From: Octopus vulgaris
Taxonomy: Eukaryota
Reading direction: 5' to 3'
Length of the DNA: 64,000 nt
NCBI GenBank assembly: GCA_951406725.2
Contig: OX597824.1
Span: 97,216,001 to 97,280,000, forward strand
The translations under genes were made by a program, and so were the position numbers. Below the pieces are notes generated by a model that searched no databases, was not told where the DNA came from, and was given only the letters and a program-made list of their open reading frames with translations. Below are positions 14,045 to 25,194 of this stretch, piece after piece. Numbering within the stretch: position 1 is the first letter of the stretch; each line of letters opens with the position of its first letter.

Positions 14045-14204
14045 AGAGGTCGGTTATGGTTTCAAACTACGCCTGCTTCGCAACAGTGTTGTCCCAGGCC
14101 CAGTGCTCTGAATGACACCTTGGTCATATGTCTTCCACTATAGCTCCAGTCTGACCAATGATTTGTGAGCAAATTTAGTGAAGGGAACCTCTATTGAATC
14201 TTCT

Positions 14205-14252
<48 letters not shown>

Positions 14253-14710
14253 GGCGAATTCACGAAAAACACAAAAGACGAAGACAGGTGATGTACAAAA
14301 CAAACAGATGTATTAGTATAACGCTCAGGAATTGAAAAACTCTTTCACGTTTCGAGCCTATGCTCTTCTACAGAAAGGAACACAGAAAAAAAACAAGGAG
14401 AGAAAAAATGTGTGTAGTGGCTACCGATCTATCATCTTTATATACACCCACACACATATACATACACAAACACAAGCCCATGCTCATATATCCGTGTGTA
14501 TGTGTACATGTTTGAGTTTGTCGCCACTCCGTTTGACAATCGATATCTTTATTGTCGAACCGCTATGTTAACGGGACGTAACTTTGATGTTCGGAAATAA
14601 AGAAGCTGATAGAATAAGCACCAGACGAAAAATGCTAATGCTCTAAAGGTTGTGCTCCAGTATGGACGTAGGCCAATAACTGAAGCAAATCACCTAATAA
14701 AAGAATAAGA
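14045..14710 (+). mobile_element. Old SINE family 1 copy interrupted in its internal microsatellite by a mini-element
   Basis: The 5' part (ccttggtcatatgtcttccactatagc) and 3' part (gatagaataagcacc...gtgctccagtatgg) flank the insert at 14251-14437. Confidence 0.65.
14251..14437 (-). mobile_element. Short (TA)n-associated element with hammerhead-like motif (Penelope-derived or retrozyme-like)
   Basis: Minus strand reads CTTT-CTGTAGA-A-GAGC-ATAG-GCTC-GAAA-CG-TG-AAAG. It shares ttcctgagcgt and overall layout with 32975-33178. Confidence 0.55.
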
Positions 14711-14904
14711 TGCTTTTTCACGAAATGTCTGGAGATTGTGGGGTCAAATTACAAACGTGAAGAGACATAAATTAATTTGGTTAATTACCAGATAATTGGT
14801 AATTAATGAAATTTAAGTTAATGAAGCTGAAACTGTCTTCAAATATGTCAAATGAGCGAAAAAAACAAACAAATTGAAAGTGAGTTGGGTTCGTAAATCA
14901 TATT

Positions 14905-15057
14905 GCAAGTGTGGCTGTGTGGTAAAATGCTTGCTTCTCAACCGCATGGTTACAGGTTCAGTCCCTCAGCGCAGCACCTTTGGCAAGAACGTCCTTTACT
15001 ATAGTCTCGAGCCGACCAAATAATTTGGTAAACAAAACGTAAAGAAGCCCTTTGCAT

Positions 15058-15118
<61 letters not shown>

Positions 15119-15366
15119 TGTGTGAGTGTGTGTGTGTGTGTGAACGTCTTTCTGTATGTATTTGTCCCCCACCACCCCTTGACAACCGGTGCTGGTATGT
15201 TTATGTCCCTGTTACTTAGTGGGTCAGCAAAAGAGATCGATAGAATGACTACCAGGATTTAAAAGAAAGTAATGAAATACTGGAGCCAGTTCATTCGACA
15301 AAAAAATTCTCCAAGGCGGTGCCCCAGCATGGTCGCCTCAAATAACTGAAACAAAGAAGATAAAAG
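14905..15366 (+). mobile_element. SINE family 1 copy
   Basis: Colinear with 8621-9032, including the tail ggcggtgccccagcatgg...actgaaac. Confidence 0.85.
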
Positions 15367-15949
15367 TTAAAGATCTTAATGCTCTGTAAAGTTGAGATGG
15401 TCATATGTGGAGCTCAGTCATCCTCATAAACTCCTCGAGAGTACTGTGCCTTGTTTTGATGGAACGGTAATTCAGCTGTTCTAATCCTGCCTGTTAGGAT
15501 TATCTAATCTGTGCTAATCCTTTTTCAAGAGAGTAGTATTTGATTTGGTTGCTATTTCTAGTAAGTCAATTGGCTGCATCGATTTCTTTTTCCCATCGCT
15601 CACCAGATTCTCTTTTGAAACAGCTGGGTACATTTCGCCATCGCCTCTCTTGTCGCGTTGTTGAGAGGGAAACAACACTGAAGGAGAAAGAAGATTAGTT
15701 CTTCAAGAAGTCGTCAATGGCACTGGCAAAGAATGGCATCAGCTGCAGCAAACACATCTAAAACCATTGTTTTGGTATTAGTTCCAGCATAAAGATTACA
15801 ATATCTCCGACGAAACGAGAGTGAACTTAAATATTATAGCTTGATAAAAATAATATGGCATGGCTGATTGATATCGATTATTGGAACCACATTAAAATAT
15901 TAAAAGTAAATTCTCTCAAACGTTGTTACGAGAGATGATCATTTTGCCA

Positions 15950-16230
15950 ATGTGAAGAATAACCACCATCATTGCAGAAACCACCTTCTCATAAAATCCA
16001 TGCTTCCTGGAAGGCTGTGTCCCCTACTCTGTACATCCCACCCCCTATACAATTCAGGCTTACAACACATAAACACATTGACACGTAATAATTCTCCTCA
16101 ACGGACCCTACTGTACTTAAGTGTCCCAAAAGAAATCAAAGGAGAAAATATCTTCAAACGATATCGGAACAAATTTCTTCAGGTGATACGTGACAAACCA
16201 CTATATCTGAACGAATACATCTCAACAACA
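15950..16230 (+). mobile_element. Highly decayed 3' end of a CR1-group LINE
   Basis: ...VPKEIKGENIFKRYRNKFLQVIRDKP resembles the LPKNLR...FK..LDLFL...PDEP C-terminus of the younger LINE copies. Confidence 0.45.
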
Positions 16231-17085
16231 ACAACAACAACAACCTATCACTTAAATAGGTTATGATTCTGCGATACTGGAATTTAAATTGTCCAACCAG
16301 TTTCTATAAGTTGATGCTATTAAGTTTGGCTTGTTCTGGGAAAATTTTGGTCTACTCATATCCTAAGTTTTATCCAAATTTAGTTTACAGTTTTTATTTG
16401 AAGGGACTTTGTCGAAAGCATAAAGGTATTAACTATCTAAATGAGATATACTTTTGCTAATACAGAAATCAGTGATATTGGTTTCAAGTTCGAGTGGAGT
16501 CGGTATGTCGATTATTTTGATTACGGTGCTTCGCTGGTATCTCGATTATCGATCTTGTCAGAATTTGAACTAAGATCATAAAAACGAACGATTGTCGCTC
16601 AACATTTTGCTTCGCGTGTTTACAATTCTTAACAAAAGAAATATATGTTCGATAAAACTTGGTTAACGACTGAAACACACACACGCACACACACACATAT
16701 ATCAATGTCACGCGGTTGTGAGACGAGATTTGAAGCAACATTAATGATATTTTTCCTTAAAAACTCTAATTTTTGTTTCTCCTTATACAAAAGAGTAAAC
16801 TTCTGCTATTGTAAAATAAATCTTATTTTCTAAATGGAAGAACGCAATTGGTTCAGATTACTAGAAATAGCAGCCAAATTACTCACTACCACTTGAAAAA
16901 ACGCACAACATATTTTTTTTTACACATCGTAGTCTAGGATTTCATAACCTTAAAAAGAAAATGAAAGATATATGGGACATTGTAGTCCTAGATATACAGA
17001 AAGAGTGATGGTCACGGATTGAACGGATGTGATCGTAGACAGGATTTCACAGAATCGACTCAACAACAATGACAACAACAGCAGC

Positions 17086-17222
17086 GATTCCCAGACCGGG
17101 CATTGTGAGTGTTTATTGAGCAAAAAGTCCTAAGCTCCACGAGGCTCTGGCGAGGGTGGTGGTGAACCCCGCTGTACTCTTTCACCACAACTTTCTCTCA
17201 CTCTTCCTTCCTACTTCTGCCA
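17086..17222 (+). mobile_element. Truncated SINE-like fragment
   Basis: gattcccagaccgggcattgtgagtgtttattgagc resembles the B-box/body junction of the SINE at 1711. Confidence 0.45.
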
Positions 17223-18148
17223 CAAAGCAGAGGAACCATGGTGTAATCCACTATGGTGTGGTAAACTTTCAGACTCTAGTCTAGCTTGCGAATCCTCTGT
17301 ACCCCAGGATGGTTCAGCTCTCCACCGGTTAAAAGCCACCGTTTACGGAATGAGGATAACAATGTGGCTTTCGCACCCGTGCAACCGCCAGTCTATCGCG
17401 TGTGGTGGGTGGATCTTAAGTTCTACACGCATTCTTAGGAGTTTGGAGTAGGCTCGAATTAAAGATTATTCTTTGTGGCTAATGGCGTGAATCCTGATTG
17501 GAAGAAGAACAACAACAATAGCAGCAGCACTTTCAGTTGTGATAATTAAGTTTTATTTCTAATTTCGTACAAGAACTAATTTTATATCTTGAATTTGTAG
17601 CTAAATTACTTCAAATATTTAAACACTTTTAAAAGGAATCCGTACGAGATCCACAGAAAAGTATATCAACTGCTTTCATTCCGAAAATAAACTCTTAATG
17701 CGAACCTATATAAGGTTTCCATTTTAAGCTCGGTTCTTCAAAATCCATTTAATCTATTTTAAATAGGATAACATATTACTTTTGAAAATTTTGAACAAAG
17801 TAGATCTTCATTCGATTTAGTATGGCAAGGAAATGGTTTCTTGTATTTGAAATCTAGCTTTATTGAAGAAAATGGTGGAATATCTAAGAGAAAGAGAATC
17901 TATGACATGAGTGTGACGTAAAGGAACAGAGCAGAGAATTTGTTTAACGAGATAAATGATAATATATATAAATATATAATAGAATTGTGATTATAAAAAG
18001 AATATCGCGAACGATTGTCAGGAGCAGAATGTATTGAGAGAATAGAATGTGTGTGAAGTACTTTACATTTCCAAATGAATTCATTGAAGTCACGAAGAGA
18101 CGGACGGGCAACATCAGAAGTTTCTATTCTATATACATACTCGACAAA

Positions 18149-18373
18149 AGGGCGGCGAGCTGGCAGAAACGTTAGCACGCCGGGCGGAATGCTTAGCGGT
18201 ATTTCGTCTGCCGTTACGTTCTGAGTTCAAATTCCACCGAGGTCGACTTTGCCTTTCATCCTTTCGGGGTCAATAAATAAAGTTTCTCTCTGAGGTCGAT
18301 GTATTCGACTTAATCCGATTGTCTGTCCTTGTTTGTCCCCTCTGTGTTTAGCCCCTTGTGGGTAGTAAAGAAA
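18149..18373 (+). mobile_element. tRNA-derived SINE family 2 with 19-bp target-site duplication
   Basis: Head ggcggcgagctggcagaa, B-box gagttcaaattcc, body gtcgactttgcctttcatcctttcggggtc. Perfect TSD tatatacatactcgacaaa at 18130-18148 and 18374-18392. Confidence 0.92.
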
Positions 18374-18950
18374 TATATACATACTCGACAAAGATCGATA
18401 AAATATGTACTGTGATCGAATATGACTGGTTAAATATCCCTTGAGAGGGTACTCTAGCGTGGCTGCAGTGCAAATATTAAAAACCAGTAAAATATTAAGA
18501 CCTTCATAAAAGGACAAAAATATTACCGAATACACAAAAAATTAATACAGTCGATAACCTGTATGATGATGATAATAATATTAAGGATATTAATTAAGAA
18601 TTATTTCTAGTATCCTTGTTTTATCTACCCTGTTTGAATTGGTCTATGGTCAAAGAAAATCCAGCCGTGAGCCTCACGACCTTTTGCTTATAGGCACAGT
18701 GTACCATGGGACTAATAAAATGCAATGGATTCTATTTTAAGGCGGTAGGGTATAGTTTGAGACAGATTTAACTATTATTTCTGCTACATCGAGCCAACAG
18801 GGACAGGAAAATGCATTCGTACCTATATCGCGACTCGAAACTGGACCGACTGGGTGAAAGTTAAGAATGCTAAACACAAGACAATAATACAGAAACACTG
18901 TAGTGGAGGTCATGCATTGGAAGAAATTAGTTTAAAAATGTGAACAGTAC

Positions 18951-19275
18951 CTTAAAGTTCGACGATCTAAGTATTCCCAAGTCATAATGGTAAACAATGG
19001 TGTCCAACATATGAAGAATTCCAAGACAACAACAAACAGCATCTTTATAACCCTTTTCTTGTTTTGCAGACTGCGTTCGTGTTGGACTTGTTGGATTGAC
19101 AAGCTTTCGGTGGTCTGGAAACTGACGCTGCGGCTTGTACTGTGATGAGTTCGATTTTCGGAAGAATAACTATCATTTATGCTGTTGGAACTGGCATTTG
19201 TCAGTTCAGTGGTTGATGAAGAGTCTTGCTTCCGCTGTGATGGTTCATTTCTAGCCTTGCTTTTGGATTTGTTTC
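18951..19275 (-). CDS. CCKR: Internal coding exon (Ser/Thr-rich ICL3 and TM6) of the same CCK/sulfakinin-type GPCR
   Basis: Translates ...SLQNKKRVIKMLFVVVLEFFICWTPLFTIMTWEYLD with the CWxP motif. Acceptor ttttctcgttgtag (phase 1) and donor AAG|gtactg (phase 2); 325 nt, in frame with the terminal exon. Confidence 0.92.
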
Positions 19276-19789
19276 CTACAACGAGAAAAGAATAATAATA
19301 ATGAGTTCCACAGCGAGAGTAACAAACATAATGGACGTGCATCAATGAATTCCCTGCGAGATTAATCCGAGTTTGTCGCCAAATAGGATTTAAGAAAGTG
19401 CAAAAAACTGAAAGTCTCTGATTTCGCCGCAGATTAATTTGTCGCTTTTCAATGTCACTTTAACACATTTGTCCAGTCACGTGCTCATTCGAGCATATTC
19501 ACTTTCTTCTCTCTGCTTTAAAAAAGAAGTGTGTTCCATTTTTATTTGTTTAGTATTGTTTGTCTCTTTTAAGTAGCGTAAACAATGTTTGTCTTGTGTC
19601 CGTGTGTGAACTGTAAGCGAGAAGCAGTTGTGTGTATATGTGTGTAGAGATGAGAATGCTTCTATGATTAATTCCTTTGCTCACGTGTTGTTTACATTTT
19701 TACGCACATACCTTGCTGTGACAATGTGTCTGGCGGAAACTATGCTTCATATAGGAGAAAAATATTTCTGCTTCGAGAAATGACATACA

Positions 19790-21000
19790 TAAAAAAAAAA
19801 AAATCTATCTGGGAAGAGACGAAATAGCTAAAATACAACACACAAAAATGAAAGAAATAATTGGGAGAAAATACTAAAGAAGAGTTAGACTGATATTGAA
19901 CGCTGAACTCAGTCCTAAAAATAAGATAGCAGGGATAAAATCACCACCGCAAAGCAGACACCAATATATCTGCCTCACACAGAAGGAGGTCACGGCCTCC
20001 TTCTGAGATAAAGACCTACTATAGAATAATAGATCTACTATAGAGACCTTCTATAAAATAACAATAGTAAGACTAGAAAAATATTTCGAAACAAAAAGTG
20101 GAAGATTACAACATGTAAAAAAGGAACACGAAAACAAAAAAAAAAGTGAAGACACGCTTTTCTCTGTACACAGGGAGGCGACAAAATGCAAAGCAAAAAG
20201 AGACCACACTGATACACTGGTCTCAGATGACAACATAACAGAATTGGTAAAAGACACAGGAAAACAACTAAAAAAAACAGACTAAAGAAGAAATGGAGAG
20301 CAAAATCACTCCACGGAAATAGATTGCAAGGTCTGGCGGGGAAGTGAGCCGAAGTAAAATCCAACAATGGCTCAAAAACTCTGGATTAAAAGAAGAAACG
20401 GAAGGGCTGATTCTCGTTGCACAAGACCAATGCCTGAACACAAACAACTATAAAAGCAAAACAAAACAGGCCGTAACACGAAATGCAGAATGTACAACCG
20501 GCACAATGAGACAATTGAACATATCATTTCTGGCTTTCTATTCCTTGCAGAATCTGAATATATATAAGGATATGACTTATAGCAACACTACAACATAAAA
20601 ACTGACCATAAATGGTATAAACCCGTGCCCAACAAAGTACATGACAACAACTAGGTCATAATAATTGAAAGTTAATCACCCAGACATAATTAAAGATCGG
20701 TGACAAAAAAAGGATCACCTGCTTACTGATGGACATTGCAGTCCCTCCTGACCAAAATATTGCTCCAACAGATTGGGAGAAATTGTCATAGTACAAAGAT
20801 CTCGAAACTGAAGTATTGAAGATGTGGAGCTTGAATGTGTAATCAAAACCTGTAATAATTGGAGCATTGGGGATGATGAACAGATGCGTGTGAGCAAAGA
20901 TGAAGAAGCTATAACTGGACATTCAACACTACACACTATCCCCACCAAAATAGCCATGCTTGGAACAGCCCACATTCTAGGCAAGACACTACCCATTCAA
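19790..21000 (+). mobile_element. Degenerate R4/Dong-like non-LTR retrotransposon, 3' part (CCHC and RLE endonuclease region)
   Basis: Motifs WLKNSGLKEETEGLILVAQDQCLNTNNY, ETIEHIISG, PDII, DIAVPPDQNI, YKDLETEVLKMW and PVIIGALG, interrupted by stops and frameshifts. Confidence 0.85.
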
Positions 21001-21075
21001 TAGTACAACCCAAATAAAACAATCCACAAACACAAGACAGTGTCACTTTGATGGCATGCACTCCACCCTAACTCT

Positions 21076-21114
<39 letters not shown>

Positions 21115-21149
21115 ATAGAGGTAGTAGTAGTTATAATAGGGCCTGCAAT

Positions 21150-21279
21150 AAGGGTGGGGTACTTTCAGAAAACAGCACTGCTTGGAACCACTCGAATATT
21201 CCGGATGGTGCTCGAAAAATGATTGTTACGTTAATAATAGCTGACACCGTAGACGCTGTGCAAAGACAATATGATGATG

Positions 21280-21328
<49 letters not shown>

Positions 21329-21330
21329 TG
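21150..21330 (+). mobile_element. Second R4/Dong-like 3' tip followed by (TAA)n
   Basis: QKTALLGTTRIFRMVLEK* followed by a (taa)n tract. Confidence 0.65.
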
Positions 21331-21334
21331 ATTC

Positions 21335-21520
21335 TTTCTACTAGACGTACCAGGTCTCAGATTTGTGGGGAGAAGATTAGTGGATTACATCGATCCCAGC
21401 GTTTCACTGGTGCTTAATTTATCGACCCCGAAAGGATGAAAGCAAGGTCGACCTCGGCGGAATTTGAACTCAGAACGTAATTTCGGACGAAACGCCGCCA
21501 AGCATTTTGTCCGGCGTGCT
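21335..21520 (-). mobile_element. SINE family 2 copy
   Basis: Reverse complement of the family 2 body (gaccccgaaaggatgaaag...ggaatttgaactcagaacg). Confidence 0.85.
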
Positions 21521-21539
21521 CTGCTCAACTTTTCAATGC

Positions 21540-21910
21540 GAGCTTTCATACACATTTCTGAGTGAGAGAAACCACCTTGCTCATAGCCTTTCTCCAGTTC
21601 CTATTTACACGGAGGTCCAGACTGAACCAGACTCCAAGCAACTTGGGGATATCCGTTCAGTGCACCACCATAATGTTTCACGTTTCCCTTGCTCTACAAT
21701 TACCATGTTGTAAGGCTACCAACTCGCTCCAGTTAACGTTTGCTCCTCTCAAAGACTTTCAAAACGATGTCGATACATCGACATCTGTGACGTCCGACTT
21801 CATTACGGTGACATCTTCGTCACATACCAGCAAGCTTCTTTCGTGTCCCAGTTCGAATGGAATGTCTAATTTTCGCAGTAGTCAGTACATAGGCAAACCG
21901 TGAGAGAGGG
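21540..21910 (-). mobile_element. Degenerate Tx1/L1-like LINE fragment (RT C-terminal region)
   Basis: Manual translation gives DEDVTV (YADDVTV-like), GANVNWSE and PKLLGVWFSLDLRVNRNWRK. Confidence 0.6.
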
Positions 21911-23868
21911 CGTCCGTGACAGATTAAGGCTCCGAAATGGTGAGACTAAATGGTCATCGCAAGGTGACCATTTAGTCTAATTACCGAGCAGATATCGTTG
22001 AACATTAGAGCGATCCAGACCTTGAAGACAACCGGAACACACTGTTTTGAGGATAGTCGCCAATTATGTTATGATTATAGTAGAAGTGATGATCACGGAT
22101 GGGAAGCCTATATATAGTAAGATTGCACATTCAAGGCTGACTTAAGGCTAAATAATAAGAATAACATCAGAGACCCGGAAATGGTCGATGATGACTGGGT
22201 AGGACTAAACTACAACAACGAATGTAACAACAACAACAACAGCAGAAGCAACAACAAAAAATCTGATTCATCAAATCTGAAATGCGTTCATGCAACGGAA
22301 ACAGCAGCAGCAGCAGTAGAAGCATTGAAAATAACAACTGACGTTTCTTGATAAAATGCTAATCTACTTTATTAAAAATATAAAACATTCAAAACATCAA
22401 GTGCGCCTGTCGAAGTTGGTTTTCTGTTCAAATTGTAGAATATTAGCAGCAGATTTGCACAGATCACTTCTTTCGCTTTCCCATTCCGCGTGAATGCATT
22501 TATTTCAATTGAAAATCAGGGATTATTTGTTGTTGTTTTTAAGCAGCATTTAACGTATTGAGGATTGATTGCTGTTGAGCAAATAGAAGACGATTAAAAC
22601 TGAGATGGACACAAACATAAGCATGTGAAGGTGTAGATAAATACGGAAAAGACAAAATAAATGAGAGAATGAAAGTAAGAGAGATATATAGAGACCAGCG
22701 TAAAAGTTGCGATAGATACATAGATTCGAGACTGAAAATTTGCTGAGATGGACAGATAAAAGAGTAAAGATAGAGAGACTTAAATGGATAACAGATACAA
22801 TAGGTATAAAGAGTCGAAAGGGCTACGAGAGAATTACGTTGAAATAGATAGGTAGATACGAAAGTGAAAGTTAAGACAGGTACAGGGATCAGAGAAAGAG
22901 AGAGTGAAGGATAGAGAGAAATAAAAATGGATACAGTGATAAGAGTGTGAAAGTGGAGATAGATGCATAGATTGTGTGTAAAAGAGGATATAGGCTACAA
23001 TTTCAGATTGATACATTAATAAGATAGTTCAGGCAGAGATAGAGATAGAGAGAGATGAGTGAAAATTGAATTCTATACAAATAAAAGTAAGCTAAGTCGA
23101 GATAGAGAAGATATGGCCATGAAACTGAAAGTGGATATTAGAGATAAAAGAAAGAGAGAAACGTTTTTACGTTCTGTCGCTCATATCAAACATTTAGCAA
23201 CTTTGACATAAAACTGCACTCATCCTGTTCTTTGATGCCGTATAAGAGGATATAGCTACAGTTGGGACTTATTTCTTGTAGCTATAGTTTTCAATAAGCC
23301 ATTGAGTCGTCTTAAGAGATTAAATTTCGCAGCTTAAATCTGCTAAGTGGACCACAAGTAGGCTAAACAGTGATGCTGGAAAAAAAAGATGTTTTTTGAA
23401 ATGTGGTTCAAGGACAAGAACTTCAACGTTGATGTCGCTGTTGTTGCTAGATCTATACTTTATTGAGCAGGGCTCCGAGCATTGATGTAGCTAACTTTCT
23501 CTCACTTATCTACGCGTGGATTTCAACTTATCTCTCTAATATAAAAAAGACGTTCCAGCAATGATCATCCCAACGGTTTTTCTATGATTACATGATTCCT
23601 TGTATCCCTTAAGACGTTAAGCTGTTTGAAGGGGATTTGGTTATTGTTTGTAGCACGTCAAGCAACTAAGTAAAAGCTCCGCTGTTTGCAGTTGTTTAAC
23701 TTTTTCATATTGATCAAAAAGATCTCATGTGATCAATGACATTACAATCGTGACCATCCCTCCTTATATAAGACGGTACAATTATTCTCATGTCGGTGCA
23801 GATGCGATAGATAAAGAAACGAAGACGTTCCACCTGTGACCATTGCATTCTAATATTTAAATGCACAT

Positions 23869-24257
23869 AAGGCGGCGAGCTGGCAGAAACGTTAGCACGC
23901 CGGGTGGAATGCTTAGCGGAATTTCGTCTGCCATTACGTTCTGAGTTCAAATTACGCCGAGGTCGACTTTGCCTTTCATCCTTTCGGGGTCGATTAAATA
24001 AGTACCAGTTACGCACTGGGGTCGATGTAATCGACTTAATCCCTTTGTCTGTCCTTGTTTGTCCCATCTGTGTTTAGCCCCTTGTGGGTAGTAAAGAAAT
24101 AGGTATTTCGTCTGTCCTTACGTTCTGAGTTCAAATTCTGCCGAGGTCGACTTTGCTTTTCATCCTTTCGGGGTCGCTAAATTAAGTACCAGTTGCGTAC
24201 TGGGGTTGATCTAATCGACTGGCCCCCTCCCAGGGCCTTTTGCATAGAGTAGAAAAG
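23869..24257 (+). mobile_element. Composite (dimeric) SINE family 2 with 16-bp TSD
   Basis: Two tandem bodies with different tails. TSD aatatttaaat(g/a)caca at 23852-23867 and 24258-24273. Confidence 0.88.
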
Positions 24258-25030
24258 AATATTTAAATACACAATGAGATTGTGGTTCTGCGTCGGCTAG
24301 AATTGTATTATTCAGCAACATCTCTAAAATGAGATTGGGTTAGAGTATGGAAAAAAACCAACGTTTTGGACAGTTTTTTTTAAGGAAAAGTTGACAGAAA
24401 GAAGCCTCATGTGTCTCCACTTAAAGTTTCTCTGAGGAACGAATCTATCCAAAACGCTGGATGTTCCGCCCCCAGAGACACGTTTATTCTACAGGTTTTG
24501 TCGATTTTTCTACATTATCTTGTGTGCTGTTTTTATTGTAACTCGAGAGAGAGAGTTTGGTTTAAAAGGTGGTTTGCTCCGATTGGTAGCAGCTAACATA
24601 GAGGCTTCCAAATAAGGTTTTACTCACTTTACTGTTGCTTAGATCCAGATCACCCATGATTGAGCAATCCTGTTGTTAAAAGCATTCAAATATTGGACAT
24701 CAAACCTTTTTTCGGAATAAGTCAGCAGACATTTATATAGTATCGTTCTGAAGGGAAGTTAGCTGCTATTTCAAGGAGATCGAGCGAAAATATGCTCGTT
24801 CAGGATAAATAATGTTTTATGTGTTTTATGGTTAGAAGCTATTGGTAAATGATAGCACTTCAGGAATTAATATCGCAAATCCATTTATAGCATTAATGGA
24901 ATAAGCAACCAAAGTTGAAAGACGAAGAACGAAGACATCTTTAAAATTACGAAACATTTCTTAGAATAGTAAAAGAAAACGTACGAGTGAGATTTGGTCC
25001 TGTAATCGAATTATGTATGTAAGTATATAT

Positions 25031-25103
<73 letters not shown>

Positions 25104-25194
25104 GATATGTATATACACACGTATATATGTATATACACATACACATATATATACACATATGTACACACATACATATGTATATATATATATATAT

